Counted from the first letter of the stretch, positions 31,209 through 45,757 are shown. The stretch is 64,000 nucleotides of DNA from an uncultured Sterolibacterium sp. (GCA_903832735.1 CAILCO010000058.1:1018-65017), one strand, 5' to 3'. The notes: generated by a model not told the origin, from the letters alone. Program-made: numbers and translations.

Positions 31209-32002
31209 GCGCACATCGTGCGCGCAAAAGGTTTGGCCAGAATTTCCTGATTGCGCCTGATGTCATCGCCGCCATCATCGCGGCGGTGGCTCCACTCCCG
31301 GGCGACCGGCTGGTCGAGATCGGGCCCGGGCTGGGCGCGCTCACCGGCCCGCTGCTGGCGAGGCTGGATCGCCTTGATGTGGTCGAGATCGACCGTGACC
31401 TGATCGCGACGCTGCGCGGAACGTTTCCACCCGAACGCCTGACGATACACGAGGGTGATGCACTGAAATTCGATTTCGCCGGCCTGGGCGCGAAGCTGCG
31501 CGTGGTCGGCAATCTGCCCTACAACATTTCGACCCCTTTGCTCTTCCACTTGGCGCAATATGCCGCCCAGGTGCGCGACATGCACTTCATGCTGCAGAAG
31601 GAAGTGGTCGATCGCATGGTCGCGTCACCCGGCGGCGGCGAGTACGGGCGGCTTACGGTGATGCTGCAATATCGTTTCGAGATCGAGCGCCTGTTTCCGG
31701 TGCCGGCCGACGCCTTCGATCCCGCGCCCAAGGTCGATTCCGCCATCGTCCGGATGATCCCCCGGCCGAGTGATGCACTCGTCGCCCGGGACGAGGAGGT
31801 GTTCGGCCGCGTCGTCCTGGCAGCCTTCGGTCAGCGCCGCAAGATGCTCAGGAACACACTGGGGAAGCTGATCGCCGCAGCCGATCTCGCCGCGCTGGGC
31901 GTCGCCCCGACGGCGCGCGCCGAGGAACTGGCGGTCGCCGAGTTCGTCGGGATCGCCAATTTTCTAGCCGCTCAAACCAATTCGGCGCTGACCGGCGCGT
32001 GA
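31205..32002 (+). CDS. rsmA: 16S rRNA (adenine1518/1519-N6)-dimethyltransferase
   Basis: 265 aa with ATGA overlap to pdx[30 protein letters not shown]. Confidence 0.95.
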   Translation: MSAHRARKRFGQNFLIAPDVIAAIIAAVAPLPGDRLVEIGPGLGALTGPLLARLDRLDVVEIDRDLIATLRGTFPPERLTIHEGDALKFDFAGLGAKLRVVGNLPYNISTPLLFHLAQYAAQVRDMHFMLQKEVVDRMVASPGGGEYGRLTVMLQYRFEIERLFPVPADAFDPAPKVDSAIVRMIPRPSDALVARDEEVFGRVVLAAFGQRRKMLRNTLGKLIAAADLAALGVAPTARAEELAVAEFVGIANFLAAQTNSALTGA

Positions 32003-32748
32003 TCCGAGGGTCGCTCGGCGCGGCGCGGCTCCTTGTCGATGGTGCAGGACTGGCAGGAGTCCGCGAGCAGCCCGGAGAGCAGGATCAGGTCGATGCGCAA
32101 GCCGCGGTTGCGGCGGAAGGCCATCATCCGGTAATCCCACCAGGAATAACTTTTTTCGGGCTGGTCGAAGCGGCGGTAAGCGTCGACAAAACCCAGCGCC
32201 AGAAGTTCGCGCAAGGCGGCGCGCTCCGGCGCGCTACAGAGCACCTGGTCCTTCCAGGCGGCAGGGTCGTACACGTCGCGATCTTCCGGGGCGATATTGA
32301 AATCGCCGAGCACGGCCAGCCGCGGATACTTTGCCAGTTCGCCGGAGAGCCAAGTCGTCAGCGCGGCCAGCCAGCGCAGCTTGTATTGGTATTTGTCGGA
32401 GCCGACGCTCTGGCCGTTGGGAACATAGACGCAGACGACGCGTAGCGGCCCGGAGGCGGTGTTCAGGCTGCCGCTGATGACCCGCTGCTGCACATCGTCG
32501 AATCCCGCGATCCCGCGGACGACCTCACTGAGCGGGTCGCGGCTGATGAGGGCGACGCCGTTATAAGTCTTCTGTCCGCTGAAACAGGCGTGGTAGCCGG
32601 CGGCCCCGATTTCGGCCAGCGGGAAGTCCCGGTCTTCCTGCTTGATCTCCTGCAGGCAGAGCACGTCCGGGCGTTGCCCGGCCAGCCAGTCCTGCACTTG
32701 CGGCAGTCTGACCTTGAGGGAATTGACATTCCAGGTCGCGATCTTCAT
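31972..32748 (-). CDS. xthA: Exodeoxyribonuclease III
   Basis: 258 aa from ATG 32748 ([14 protein letters not shown]), with C-terminal SDHAPV. The upstream part of ORF ..33096 overlaps prlC and is rejected. The 3' end overlaps the rsmA 3' end by 31 nt (convergent). Confidence 0.92.
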   Translation of the reverse strand: MKIATWNVNSLKVRLPQVQDWLAGQRPDVLCLQEIKQEDRDFPLAEIGAAGYHACFSGQKTYNGVALISRDPLSEVVRGIAGFDDVQQRVISGSLNTASGPLRVVCVYVPNGQSVGSDKYQYKLRWLAALTTWLSGELAKYPRLAVLGDFNIAPEDRDVYDPAAWKDQVLCSAPERAALRELLALGFVDAYRRFDQPEKSYSWWDYRMMAFRRNRGLRIDLILLSGLLADSCQSCTIDKEPRRAERPSDHAPVSAELV

Positions 32749-32807
32749 GAGCCGGGCAGGATGTAGTCGGCGGAAAGAATGCGGCGGGCGGACGGCATCG
32801 GCCTGCC

Positions 32808-34844
32808 CTAAGCGCGGCTCATGCCATTGTGCCGGAGCAGGGCATCGACCTTCGGCTCGCGGCCGCGGAAGGCCCGGAACGAGTCCAGCGCCGGGCGACT
32901 GCCGCCGACGGCAAGGATCTCGCGCCAGAATTTTTCGCCGGTCGCAGCGTCGAGCACGCTGCCCGATACGCGGGCGCTTTCCTCGAAAGCCTCGAAGGCG
33001 TCGGCCGAGAGTACTTCCGCCCACTTGTAGCTGTAATAGCCGGCGGCATAGCCCCCGGCGAAAATGTGCGAGAAGCTCTGCGGCAGGCGCTGCCATTCCG
33101 GCGGGGTGATTACCGCCACTTCTTGCCTCACCCTGGCCAGGAGATCGAGGACGCTTCCGTTCGCGGCAAGTTCGCTGTGGACCAGCAGGTCGAACAGTCC
33201 CAGTTCGACCTGGCGCAGCGCGTCCATGCCGCTCTGGAAGTTCTTGGCCAGGAGCATCTTGTCGTAGAGCGCTCGCGGCAAAGTCTCACCGGTGTCGACG
33301 TGGCCGGTCATATCCTTGAGTACCTGCCATTCCCAGCAGAAGTTCTCCATGAACTGGCTGGGCAACTCGACCGCATCCCATTCGACGCCGTGGATGCCCG
33401 AGACCGATAGTTCGTCGACCTGGGTCAGCAGATGGTGCAGGCCGTGCCCGCATTCATGGAACAGGGTGATGACTTCGTCATGGGTGAAGCAGGCCGGCTT
33501 GTCTCCGACCGGACCGGAGAAGTTGCAGTTGAGATAGGCCACCGGGGCCTGCAGGCGAGAGCCGAGTCTGCGCCGCGTGATCGCCTCGTCCATCCAGGCG
33601 CCGCCGCGCTTCTCCTCGCGGGCGTAAAGGTCGAGGTAGAACTGGCCGACGAATTGGTTTTCCCGCAGGATGCGGAAGAAGCGCACGTCGGGGTGCCAGG
33701 CGGGCGCACTATCCTGCTCCAGCCTGACGCCGAAAAGTTTCGCGATGACATTGAACAGTCCTGCGATGACTTTGGGTTCTGGGAAGTACTGCTTCACCTC
33801 GTCGCTGGAGAAGGCGTAGCTCTTCTGCTTGAGTTTTTCCGAGGCCCAGGCAAGATCCCAACTCTCCAGTTGCGGCAGGTCAAGTTCGGCGTCGGCAAAG
33901 GCTTTCAATTCTGCGATGTCTCGCTCGGCGAAAGGACGCGCCTTGCTGGCGATCTCGCGCAGGAAGGCCGCCACCTGGCCGGGGGACTGCGCCATTTTCG
34001 GCACCAGCGAGACCTCGGCATAATTGGCGTAGCCCAGGAGTTTCGCTTCCTCGGTCCGCAGCTTGAGTATCTGGTTTATCAGCGCGCTGTTGTCCCACTC
34101 CGGCCGCCCCAGTTCGGAGGCGCGGGTGGCGTAGGCGCGGTACATACGGGCGCGCAGTTCGCGGCTGTCGGCGTACTGCATCAGCGGGTGGTAGGACGGT
34201 GCGCGCAGGGTGAATTTCCAGCCAGGAAGACCGTCCTTCTCGGCCGCAGCGCGCGCCACCCGGCACTCGTCCTCCGGGATGCCCTTGATCTCCGCCTCGG
34301 TCGAGACATGCTCGCTGAAGGCGTTGGTGGCGTCGAGCAGGTTTTCGGAGAACTTGGTCTCGAGTTCCGCCAGTTCTTCCTGTATCGCCTTGAAGCGCGG
34401 CTTGTCGGACTCCGGCAAGGCCGCCCCGGACAAACGGAAATCGCGGATGTCGTTAGCGATGATGCGTTGTTGCGCTTGGTTCAGCGAGGCATATTCCGGG
34501 CTTCCGGCGAGCGCCTGGAACTTGGCGAACATCGCCAGGTTCTGCCCCAGTTCGGAGTAGTAGCGCGTCACTTCCGGCAACGAGGCGTTGTAGGCTTCGC
34601 GCCAGGGCGGTATGTCATTGACCGAATGCAGATGGCCGACGATGCCCCAGGCGCGCGCGAGACGTTCGCCGGAATCGGTCAGCGGGACGACGAAATCAGC
34701 CCAGGTCGCAGCGACGGCTGGTCCGGAGATGCGCTCGACCAGCGCGCGATTTTCGGCCAGGAGTTGCGTTATCGCGGGGGCGACATGGTCTGGCGTGATC
34801 GCGTCGAAGCGCGGCAAACCGGAAAAATCGAGCAGGGGATTCAT
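32808..34844 (-). CDS. prlC: Oligopeptidase A (M3 family)
   Basis: 678 aa with zinc site [10 protein letters not shown]. Confidence 0.92.
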   Translation of the reverse strand: MNPLLDFSGLPRFDAITPDHVAPAITQLLAENRALVERISGPAVAATWADFVVPLTDSGERLARAWGIVGHLHSVNDIPPWREAYNASLPEVTRYYSELGQNLAMFAKFQALAGSPEYASLNQAQQRIIANDIRDFRLSGAALPESDKPRFKAIQEELAELETKFSENLLDATNAFSEHVSTEAEIKGIPEDECRVARAAAEKDGLPGWKFTLRAPSYHPLMQYADSRELRARMYRAYATRASELGRPEWDNSALINQILKLRTEEAKLLGYANYAEVSLVPKMAQSPGQVAAFLREIASKARPFAERDIAELKAFADAELDLPQLESWDLAWASEKLKQKSYAFSSDEVKQYFPEPKVIAGLFNVIAKLFGVRLEQDSAPAWHPDVRFFRILRENQFVGQFYLDLYAREEKRGGAWMDEAITRRRLGSRLQAPVAYLNCNFSGPVGDKPACFTHDEVITLFHECGHGLHHLLTQVDELSVSGIHGVEWDAVELPSQFMENFCWEWQVLKDMTGHVDTGETLPRALYDKMLLAKNFQSGMDALRQVELGLFDLLVHSELAANGSVLDLLARVRQEVAVITPPEWQRLPQSFSHIFAGGYAAGYYSYKWAEVLSADAFEAFEESARVSGSVLDAATGEKFWREILAVGGSRPALDSFRAFRGREPKVDALLRHNGMSRA

Positions 34845-35728
34845 AGGCTGGCGGTCAGGCGGGTCATTGCCTCGCGGTATTTGGCGCCGGTCTTCTCGAT
34901 GATCTCGGCCGGCAGATGCGGGCCGGGCGCCTGCTTTTTCCAGTCCAGGGTCTCCAGGTAATCGCGCAGGAATTGCTTGTCGAAGGATGGCGGGCTGGTC
35001 CCGACCCGGTACTGGTCGGCGGGCCAGAAGCGCGAGGAGTCCGGGGTCAGGGCTTCGTCGATCAGATAGAGCTTGCCGGCGCCGTCCTGACCAAACTCGA
35101 ACTTGGTGTCGGCGATGATGATGCCGCGGCCCCTGGCGTATTCGGCGGCCTCCGTGTACAGCGTCAGAGTCAGGTCGCGTACCTGTGCAGCGAGGGCGGC
35201 GCCGACCAGCTTCTCGACCTGGGCAAAGTCGATGTTCTCGTCATGGCTGCCCATCTCCGCCTTGCTCGAAGGCGTGAAGATAGGCGCAGGCAACTGTTCG
35301 GCCTGACGCAGGCCAGTCGGCAGTTTGATGCCGCAAACGGCGCCGCTGGCGGTGTAATCTTTCCAGCCCGAGCCGATCAGGTAGCCGCGCGCCACCGCCT
35401 CCACCGGCAGAGGCTTGAGCCTCCTGACCACGATGGCGCGGCCACGCACCTGTTCCCGCTCCGCCTCTCCGCGCACCACGGACTCCGGGTCTATGCCGGT
35501 CAGGTGGTTGGGCACGACATGCGCGAGCTTCGCGAACCAGAAATTGGCCAGCGCGGTGAGCACTTCGCCCTTGCCCGGAATCGGGTCGGGCAGGATCACG
35601 TCGAAGGCCGAGAGGCGGTCGGTGGTGACGATCAGGAGAAGTTCCGCATCGACGGCATAGATGTCGCGGACCTTGCCGCGGCCGAGCAGCGGCAGGCTGG
35701 TAATGGTGGATTCGAACAGGGGGTTCAT
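34841..35728 (-). CDS. purC: Phosphoribosylaminoimidazole-succinocarboxamide synthase
   Basis: 295 aa. [22 protein letters not shown]. The stop overlaps the prlC start (ATGA). Confidence 0.95.
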   Translation of the reverse strand: MNPLFESTITSLPLLGRGKVRDIYAVDAELLLIVTTDRLSAFDVILPDPIPGKGEVLTALANFWFAKLAHVVPNHLTGIDPESVVRGEAEREQVRGRAIVVRRLKPLPVEAVARGYLIGSGWKDYTASGAVCGIKLPTGLRQAEQLPAPIFTPSSKAEMGSHDENIDFAQVEKLVGAALAAQVRDLTLTLYTEAAEYARGRGIIIADTKFEFGQDGAGKLYLIDEALTPDSSRFWPADQYRVGTSPPSFDKQFLRDYLETLDWKKQAPGPHLPAEIIEKTGAKYREAMTRLTASL

Positions 35729-35773
35729 GGTCTTGCCTGAAAATGGAAACGGTGGAAGGGGAGGGAAGCCCGG

Positions 35774-36220
35774 CTACTCGCGGACGTAGGCCTTGCGGGT
35801 CTTGTCCGAGGTGTCCTCGTGGTAGGGGTAGCGGACATGGCCGTAGCGCACCACCAGTACTGCCAGCGTCAGCAGGAAAACCGCGGCGGCGACGGCGAGC
35901 ATGCGCCATTCGCTCATGTCCTTCAGGTCGAGGATCAGATAGCGCGCCAGCGCCACGATCGCGATATACAGCGGAAAGCGCACCGGCAACTGGCCCGACT
36001 TGAAGTACTGGCCGATCATCGCCAGCACCTCCAGGTAGAGGAACATCATCAACAGGTCGGACAGCGCCACATGAGCCGCCGCGACCATGCCTGCGGCCTC
36101 CAGATACATGGCGATGGTGGTGGCGAGGGCGATCACCAGCAGGCCGAAATATTCCACCGCGTCGAGGCCGCCGCTCAACAGCTTGCGCAGCCGGTCGAAG
36201 GTATGCGACTGGATGTCCAT
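35774..36220 (-). CDS. psiE: PsiE-family (phosphate-starvation-inducible) inner-membrane protein
   Basis: 148 aa with four predicted TM helices. The segment pattern FLYLEVLAMIGQYF...PLYIAIVALARYLIL is typical of PsiE. Confidence 0.65.
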   Translation of the reverse strand: MDIQSHTFDRLRKLLSGGLDAVEYFGLLVIALATTIAMYLEAAGMVAAAHVALSDLLMMFLYLEVLAMIGQYFKSGQLPVRFPLYIAIVALARYLILDLKDMSEWRMLAVAAAVFLLTLAVLVVRYGHVRYPYHEDTSDKTRKAYVRE

Positions 36221-36250
36221 AAGGCTACCCGGAAACTCCTGGAACGCGCG

Positions 36251-37315
36251 TCATTTCACGATCTGGTTGAGTTCCCCCGACTTGTAACGCTCGGCCATTT
36301 TCTCCAGCGACAGGGGTTTGATCCGGGAAGCCATGCCGGCACAGCCGAAAGCCTCATAGCGCAATTTGCAGATGCTCCGCGCCGCGGCCTGCGCGTCGGC
36401 GAGGTACTTGCGCGGATCGAATTCGCCGGGCTTTTCGAACAGGTGGCGGCGTATCGCGCCGGTCATCGACAGGCGGATGTCGGTATCGATATTGATCTTG
36501 CGCACACCATGCTTGATGCCGGTGACGATTTCCTCGACCGGCACGCCGTAGGTCTCCTTCATCTGCCCGCCGAACTTGCGGATGATTTCCAGCCATTCCT
36601 GCGGCACCGAACTCGAGCCGTGCATCACCAGGTGGGTGTTGGGGATGCGCGCGTGGATTTCCTTGATGCGCTCGATGGCGAGGATGTCGCCGGTCGGCTT
36701 GCGGGTGAACTTGTAGGCGCCGTGCGAGGTGCCGATGGCGATGGCGAGCGCATCGCATTGCGTCTTGGCGACGAAGTCCGCGGCCTGATCTGGGTCGGTC
36801 AATAGTTGCTCGCGGGTCATCGTGCCTTCTGCGCCATGACCGTCTTCCTTGTCGCCCTTCATGGTCTCCAAGGAGCCCAGGACACCCAGTTCGGCCTCGA
36901 CGGTGACGCCGATGGAATGGGAGAAATCGACCACCTGGCGCGAGGTGGCGACGTTGTATTCGTACGAGGAGGGCGTCTTGCCGTCCTCCAGCAGCGAGCC
37001 GTCCATCATCACGCTGGAGAAGCCGGAACGGATCGCGGCCATGCACACCGCCGGGCTTTGTCCGTGATCCTGGTGCATCACCACGGGAATGTGCGGATAG
37101 GCCTCGATCGCCGCCAGGATCAGATGGCGCAGGAAAGGCTCGGTGGCGTACTTGCGGGCGCCGGCCGAGCCCTGCATGATCACCGGGCTGTCGGTCTCGT
37201 TGGCGGCCTCCATGATGGCACGCACCTGCTCCAGGTTATTGACGTTGAAGGCCGGCAGACCGTAATTGTTCTCGGCGGCGTGGTCGAGCAGTTGGCGCAT
37301 CGATACGAGGGGCAT
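36251..37315 (-). CDS. fba: Class II fructose-1,6-bisphosphate aldolase (Calvin-cycle type, CbbA/Fba)
   Basis: 354 aa from ATG 37315 ([27 protein letters not shown]). VMHQDHG, HGSSSVP. Confidence 0.93.
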   Translation of the reverse strand: MPLVSMRQLLDHAAENNYGLPAFNVNNLEQVRAIMEAANETDSPVIMQGSAGARKYATEPFLRHLILAAIEAYPHIPVVMHQDHGQSPAVCMAAIRSGFSSVMMDGSLLEDGKTPSSYEYNVATSRQVVDFSHSIGVTVEAELGVLGSLETMKGDKEDGHGAEGTMTREQLLTDPDQAADFVAKTQCDALAIAIGTSHGAYKFTRKPTGDILAIERIKEIHARIPNTHLVMHGSSSVPQEWLEIIRKFGGQMKETYGVPVEEIVTGIKHGVRKINIDTDIRLSMTGAIRRHLFEKPGEFDPRKYLADAQAAARSICKLRYEAFGCAGMASRIKPLSLEKMAERYKSGELNQIVK

Positions 37316-37334
37316 GGTGATCTCCTGTTTGAAT

Positions 37335-38771
37335 TCAGTTAGCGGTGCGGTGTTCGCCGACCCGGACGATCTTGAGGGTGTTGGTGCCACCGGGCGTGCC
37401 GATCGGTTCGCCTATGGTCAGGACGATCAGATCGCCCATTGCCACGGCCCCGGCGCGGATCAGTTCCTCCTCGGCCTCGAACAGCAATTCGTCGCGGTCA
37501 TGTCCGCTATAACGGATCAGCAGCGGCGTCACGCCCTTGAACACACTGACCTTGTCGCGGGTGCGGATCGAGGGCGTCAACGCATAGATCGGCACATCGC
37601 AGTTCAGGCGCGACATCCACAAGGCGGTGGAGCCCGATTCGGTGAGCGCGGCGATGGCCTTGACCTTGAGGTGGTAGGCGGCGAACAGCGCCGCCATGGC
37701 GATCGACTGGTCGATGCGGGTGAACACGCGGTCGAGGAAATGGCGTTCGAGCGAGACCTCGCTGGATTTCTCCGCCTCGACGCAGACGCGGGCCATTGCC
37801 TCGACGGTTTCCACCGGGTATTGTCCGGCGGCGGTCTCGGCCGAGGTCATTACCGCATCGGTGCCGTCCAGGACGGCATTGGCGACGTCGGAGACTTCGG
37901 CGCGGGTCGGCACCGGGCTGCTGATCATCGATTCCATCATTTGTGTCGCGGTGATGACGAACTTGTTCATCTCGCGCGAGGTTCTGATGATGCGCTTTTG
38001 CAATGCCGGCACCGCCGCGTCGCCGACTTCGACGGCGAGATCGCCGCGCGCCACCATCGCGCCATCGCTAGCGCGCAGGATGTCCTCGAGATTGACTATG
38101 GCTTCGACGCGCTCGATCTTGGCGATCAGGAGCGCGCTCGATCCGGCGGCGTGGAGGAGATCGCGCGCCAGGTGCATGTCGCTGCCCGACTTGGGAAAGG
38201 AGACGGCGACAAAGTCGACATCGAGTTCGGCGGCCGTCTTGATGTCCTCCATGTCCTTAGTGGTCAAAGCCGGCGCGGTCAGGCCGCCGCCCTGCTTGTT
38301 GATGCCCTTGTTGTTGGAGAGTTCGCCGCCGTGACGGACGCGGCAATAAATCCGGCGCTCCTCGATGCGCTCGATGTCCATGACGATGCGGCCGTCATTG
38401 AACAGCAGCACGTCGCCCGCGGCGACATCATCGACCAGTTCCGGATAGTCGAGACCGACATGATGCTCATCGCCCAACTGGCACTCCGCATCGAGCACGA
38501 AAGCCTGGTGGGCCGCGAGCTGCACCTTGTTTCCGGCGAACTTGCCGACACGGATTTTCGGCCCCTGCAGGTCGGCCATCACCCCGACCGTACGCCCGCC
38601 CATCTGCGCCGCATGACGCAGGTCGGCGATGCGGGCGCGATGTTCATCGGCCGTGCCGTGGGAAAAGTTGATCCGTACCACATCGATGCCGGCGGCAACC
38701 AGCCTCGCCAGCACCGCCGGGTCGGAAGAGGCGGGGCCGAGGGTGACGACGATCTTGGTGAAACGATGCAT
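37335..38771 (-). CDS. pyk: Pyruvate kinase
   Basis: 478 aa. [32 protein letters not shown]. Confidence 0.95.
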   Translation of the reverse strand: MHRFTKIVVTLGPASSDPAVLARLVAAGIDVVRINFSHGTADEHRARIADLRHAAQMGGRTVGVMADLQGPKIRVGKFAGNKVQLAAHQAFVLDAECQLGDEHHVGLDYPELVDDVAAGDVLLFNDGRIVMDIERIEERRIYCRVRHGGELSNNKGINKQGGGLTAPALTTKDMEDIKTAAELDVDFVAVSFPKSGSDMHLARDLLHAAGSSALLIAKIERVEAIVNLEDILRASDGAMVARGDLAVEVGDAAVPALQKRIIRTSREMNKFVITATQMMESMISSPVPTRAEVSDVANAVLDGTDAVMTSAETAAGQYPVETVEAMARVCVEAEKSSEVSLERHFLDRVFTRIDQSIAMAALFAAYHLKVKAIAALTESGSTALWMSRLNCDVPIYALTPSIRTRDKVSVFKGVTPLLIRYSGHDRDELLFEAEEELIRAGAVAMGDLIVLTIGEPIGTPGGTNTLKIVRVGEHRTAN

Positions 38772-38798
38772 GAGCGCTGGTCAGTAATGAGGGGTTAT

Positions 38799-38867
38799 GT
38801 AGGTTGGGCTTCAGCCCGACATGTCGGATAAGGACTTCCAGGGTCGTCGGCCTGAAGGCCGACCTAC
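38799..38867. repeat. Inverted pair of REP-like palindromic units: GTAG-GTTGGGC-TTCA-GCCCGAC (38799-38820) and GTCGGCC-TGAA-GGCCGAC-CTAC (38846-38867)
   Basis: Read directly. Each unit is a 7-bp stem with a 4-nt loop, and the two units are mutually inverted with 25 nt between them. The right unit contains the pgk stop codon (38864-38866). Confidence 0.65.
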
Positions 38868-40039
38868 GAAGCCGCCCTCTGTTCGAGTATTTCCACGGCC
38901 GGCAGTTTCTTGCCTTCGAGAAATTCCAGGAAGGCGCCGCCGCCGGTGGAGATGTAGCTGACCTTGATGCCGTACTTGGCTATCGCCGCCAGGGTGTCGC
39001 CGCCGCCGGCGATGGAGTAGGCGTGTGATGCGGCAATGGCTCGCGCCAGGGTCTCGGTGCCGTGGCCGAACTGATCGAATTCGAAGACGCCGACCGGGCC
39101 GTTCCAGACGATGGTGCCGGCGCGGCCGATCTCTTCGGCAAGGCGTGCCGCGGTCTCCGGCCCGATGTCGAGGATCATGTCGTCAGCTGCAACGTCGCGG
39201 ACATCCTTTACCGTGGCCACGGCGTTGATAGAAAATTCGCGTGCCGTGACCACATCGCTGGGGATGGGCACCGATGCGCCGCGCTCCTGCATCATGGCGA
39301 TGATGGTGCGTGCTTCATCCACCAGATCGGCTTCGGCCAGGGATTTCCCGATCGGCAGGCCAGCAGCCTGCATGAACGTGTTGGCGATGCCGCCGCCGAC
39401 GATCAGGCGATCCACCTTCTCCGCCAGTGCCTTCAGTATGGTCAGTTTCGAGGACACTTTCGAGCCGGCGACGATGGCCAGGAGCGGCCTGGCCGGTGCG
39501 TTGAGCGCGCGGCCCAGGGCATCGAGTTCGGCGGCCAGGAGTGGGCCGGCGCAGGCGATAGGGGCGTACTTGGCGATGCCGTGGGTGGTCGCCTCGGCGC
39601 GGTGGGCGGTGCCGAAGGCGTCATTGACATAGATGTCGCAAAGCCTGGCCATTTTTCGCGCCAGTTCGTCGGAGTTCTTCTTCTCGCCCTTGTTCACGCG
39701 GCAGTTTTCCAGCAACACGAGTTCACCGGCCGCGACCTCAACGCCGTGCACCCAGTTCTGTACCAGTCGGACCGGCATGGCGAGCAGTTCGGACATGCGT
39801 TTGGCGATCGGCGCCAGGCTGTCCTCGGGCTTCAATTCGCCCTCGGTCGGCCGGCCGAGGTGGGAGGCGACCATCACCGCCGCGCCACCCTCGAGCGCGA
39901 ACCGAATCGCCGGCATGGAGGCGCGGATGCGCGTGTCCTCGGTGATGTTGCCGGCATCGTCCTGCGGTACGTTGAGGTCGGCGCGGATGAATACGCGCTT
40001 GTTCTTGAGGTCGAGTTCGGAGAGGCGTTTGAAGTTCAT
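38864..40039 (-). CDS. pgk: Phosphoglycerate kinase
   Basis: 391 aa. FIRADLNVP, and the GGGDT-type C-terminal segment (IAGGGDT). Confidence 0.96.
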   Translation of the reverse strand: MNFKRLSELDLKNKRVFIRADLNVPQDDAGNITEDTRIRASMPAIRFALEGGAAVMVASHLGRPTEGELKPEDSLAPIAKRMSELLAMPVRLVQNWVHGVEVAAGELVLLENCRVNKGEKKNSDELARKMARLCDIYVNDAFGTAHRAEATTHGIAKYAPIACAGPLLAAELDALGRALNAPARPLLAIVAGSKVSSKLTILKALAEKVDRLIVGGGIANTFMQAAGLPIGKSLAEADLVDEARTIIAMMQERGASVPIPSDVVTAREFSINAVATVKDVRDVAADDMILDIGPETAARLAEEIGRAGTIVWNGPVGVFEFDQFGHGTETLARAIAASHAYSIAGGGDTLAAIAKYGIKVSYISTGGGAFLEFLEGKKLPAVEILEQRAAS

Positions 40040-40068
40040 GTTGGCATCATCTCAAATTCAAATTGATT

Positions 40069-40143
40069 CACCACCAGGGACACTGAGACACCAAGGCAAA
40101 AACAAGTTCTCAAGTGGCGTGGGTCGGGGTGTTCTTGGTGGTG
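40069..40143. repeat. Imperfect inverted repeat in the gap-pgk spacer (CACCACCAGGGACAC ... GTGTTCTTGGTGGTG)
   Basis: Read directly. The 15-nt arms give 12 complementary positions (an 8-bp block and a 4-bp block) and are separated by 45 nt. Confidence 0.4.
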
Positions 40144-40153
40144 AAAATATCTT

Positions 40154-43193
<3,040 letters not shown>

Positions 43194-43231
43194 CTGGTTT
43201 CCTGAGGTCTTCGTGCCCGGCAGAGCACGCA

Positions 43232-43261
43232 ATTATCGGCGAAACCGGGCGGGTTTGGCTA
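43232..43261 (-). promoter_or_regulatory. Candidate internal promoter for tkt-gap-pgk-pyk-fba (-35 TAGCCA, 18-nt spacer, -10 GATAAT)
   Basis: Hexamers read on the minus strand in the 126-nt prk-tkt spacer, immediately downstream of the 11-nt tandem array. Confidence 0.3.
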
Positions 43262-43269
43262 GTTTATTT

Positions 43270-43324
43270 GGCAACGAATGGGCAACGAATGGGCAACTGA
43301 GGCGCAACTGATGGGCAATTCATC
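43270..43324. repeat. Tandem array of five 11-nt units: GGCAACGAATG x2, GGCAACTGAGG, CGCAACTGATG, GGCAATTCATC
   Basis: Read directly. The period is exactly 11 nt, and the last unit contains the prk stop codon (43320-43322). Confidence 0.85.
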
Positions 43325-44192
43325 CCTGCTTGCGGTCTTCCATCAGGCGCAGTATGAGCGGCGTGAAGATCAGTTGCATGGCTAGTTCCATCTTCCCGCC
43401 GGGCACCACGATGATGTTCGGCCGCGACATGAAGGAGTCGTGGATCATGGTCAGGAGATAGGGGAAGTCGATGCCCCTGGGGTTGCGGAAACGAATCACC
43501 ACGAAGGACTCGTCCAGCGTCGGTATGTCGCGGGCAATGAAGGGATTGGACGTGTCCACGGTCGGCACGCGCTGAAAATTGATGTGCGTTTCCGAGAACT
43601 GCGGCGCGATGTAGTTTACGTAGTCCGGCATGCGTCGCAGCACGGTATCGACCACGGCTTCGGTCGAATAGCCGCGCGCGGTCTTGTCGCGGTGCAGCTT
43701 CTGGATCCATTCCAGGTTGATGATCGGCACGACGCCGACCAGCAGGTTGGGGTGCTGGGCGATGTTGATCCCGTCACGGACCACGGCGCCGTGCAGTCCT
43801 TCGTAGAACAGCATGTCGGTCCCGGCCGGAAGGTCTGCCCAGGGCGTGAAGGTGCCGGGCTCCTGCTGGTAGGGCGCGGCTTCCTCGGCATTGTGAAGAT
43901 ACTTCCTGACCGGGCCCGTTCCGGTCTCGCCGTAACGCTTGAACAGCGACTCGAGTTCTGCGAGCAGGTTGGCTTCAGGACCGAAGTGGCTGAAGTGATG
44001 ATTGCCCGCCTTGGCCGCTTCCGCCATCGCCATCTTCATCGCCGTGCGGTCGTATCGGTGAAAGGAGTCGCCCTCGATGGTGGCGGCGTTGATGCCCTCG
44101 CGGCGGAAGATATGCTGGAAGGTCCGGGTGACCGATGTGGTGCCGGCCCCGGAGGAACCGGTGATGGCGACGATGGGATGTTTGACCGACAT
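43320..44192 (-). CDS. prk: Phosphoribulokinase
   Basis: 290 aa from ATG 44192, with strong RBS AAAGGAGAG. P-loop ITGSSGAGTTS. It lies directly downstream of cbbM. Confidence 0.93.
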   Translation of the reverse strand: MSVKHPIVAITGSSGAGTTSVTRTFQHIFRREGINAATIEGDSFHRYDRTAMKMAMAEAAKAGNHHFSHFGPEANLLAELESLFKRYGETGTGPVRKYLHNAEEAAPYQQEPGTFTPWADLPAGTDMLFYEGLHGAVVRDGINIAQHPNLLVGVVPIINLEWIQKLHRDKTARGYSTEAVVDTVLRRMPDYVNYIAPQFSETHINFQRVPTVDTSNPFIARDIPTLDESFVVIRFRNPRGIDFPYLLTMIHDSFMSRPNIIVVPGGKMELAMQLIFTPLILRLMEDRKQG

Positions 44193-44321
44193 GAATCTCT
44201 CCTTTAGCGTGAAATACGTTGCCAAGTGCGCTGTCTCAGCTGCGAGCGTCCCACAGGGACTTCCGAAGGTCGCAGCGAGCCGGCAAACGGCGGCGAAGCC
44301 GCGGCCGGGGCTGTGGACGGC

Positions 44322-45695
44322 TTACTTCAGGATCTGGCGCCAGCCCGGGTAGAGCTTGTCGGCGTCGGCTGCGAAACTCTCGAAGGCGCCCTTGAGTTCC
44401 GGGTGCTCCTTGGCATATTCGACCAGATTGACACCTGCCATCCAGGCGTCGCGCGCCTGCTTCAGCGATTTCGCTCCGGCCACGCCGCCCGCCTGGTGGC
44501 CGAAGGCGCCGCCGCCCGAGGTCTGGATGACGTTGCAATGGCCCAGGTTGTCGAAGAAGCCGGGCAGGCGCAGGGCGTTCATGCCGCCGGAGATGATCGG
44601 CGTCGTCGCCTTCATGCCCTGCCATTGCTGATGGTAGTAGGGGCCGTCGGCCGCGTCCCGCTCGAGCATGTAGGCGATGTTGCGGTCATCGCGCACGCTT
44701 TCCATCTTGCCGTAGCCCATGGTACCGACGTGGATGCCCGAGGCGCCCTGCAGGCGGGACATCTTGCAATGGACTAAGGCGCTGTAGCCGCGCTTGCTCT
44801 GCGGGCTGGTCACGGCGCCATGGCCCGCCCGGTGGTAGTGCAGGAACTGCGCCGGGAAGCGGCGCCGGCAGGTGGTGACGGCGGTCGGCCCGGCGACATA
44901 GCCGTCGACCAGGAAGGCGACATGCGCCGCGTTTTCGGCGAAAGTCTCGAGGATGTATTCGCCGCGCGCGATCATCTCGAATGGGTCGTCGGCGGTGATG
45001 TTGGCCGAGAACAGCTTGGCCTCGCCGGTCTCGTCCTGGGCGCGCCTCATCGCATCGGCGACCAGGCGCATGGTCTCCTTGAGCGGGGCGAACAGCTGGT
45101 TGCCCTGCGGCTCGTCGTTCTTGATGAAATCGCCGCCCAGCCAGAACTGGTGGCAGGCATCGGCGAAGGGCTGCGGGCGCAGCCCGAGCTTGGGCTTGAT
45201 GATCGTGCCGACGACCATGCCGCCATCGACCAGGGGCCGGCCCAGGGTGCGCCACAGGTCGATGATATTGATATTCGGGCCGTCGAACAGGGCGAGGAAT
45301 TTCGGCGGGATGTAGATGTCGTGCATCTTGGCGTACTCGACGTCGCCCATGCCCTGATTGTTGCCTATCGTCAGCGTCCAGACCGAGGAGAGCATGGCGC
45401 GGCCGTCGGTGATGTTGCGGTCGAAAAGTTCGACCGGATAGGCGATCTTGACCAGTTCGGCGGCCTCGTCGATCTCATAGACCAGGGCATCGACGCCGCG
45501 GGTGAAGTCGTCGGTAGTGCCGACCTCGACGTTGGTGCCGGTCGAGGACTCCGCCGCGAAATGGGCGGCGGTGGCGAGAAAGTCGCCATAGCCGGGCTTC
45601 GCCTTCATGATGTAGGCGCACAGCACATGGGTGCCGCCGCTGATCAGCTCGGCTTCCTTGAGGTCGAGGCGGGCGTAGCGGTTCGATTGGTCCAT
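44322..45695 (-). CDS. cbbM: Ribulose-1,5-bisphosphate carboxylase/oxygenase, form II large subunit
   Basis: 457 aa. Form II-type N-terminus [14 protein letters not shown]. Active-site segments: [36 protein letters not shown]. No small-subunit gene is adjacent. Confidence 0.95.
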   Translation of the reverse strand: MDQSNRYARLDLKEAELISGGTHVLCAYIMKAKPGYGDFLATAAHFAAESSTGTNVEVGTTDDFTRGVDALVYEIDEAAELVKIAYPVELFDRNITDGRAMLSSVWTLTIGNNQGMGDVEYAKMHDIYIPPKFLALFDGPNINIIDLWRTLGRPLVDGGMVVGTIIKPKLGLRPQPFADACHQFWLGGDFIKNDEPQGNQLFAPLKETMRLVADAMRRAQDETGEAKLFSANITADDPFEMIARGEYILETFAENAAHVAFLVDGYVAGPTAVTTCRRRFPAQFLHYHRAGHGAVTSPQSKRGYSALVHCKMSRLQGASGIHVGTMGYGKMESVRDDRNIAYMLERDAADGPYYHQQWQGMKATTPIISGGMNALRLPGFFDNLGHCNVIQTSGGGAFGHQAGGVAGAKSLKQARDAWMAGVNLVEYAKEHPELKGAFESFAADADKLYPGWRQILK

Positions 45696-45757
45696 GCTTT
45701 ACTCTCCTTGGTGCTGGTTTATGTTGGGTCGGCCTTTACCGCTATTACCGTTTGTCC

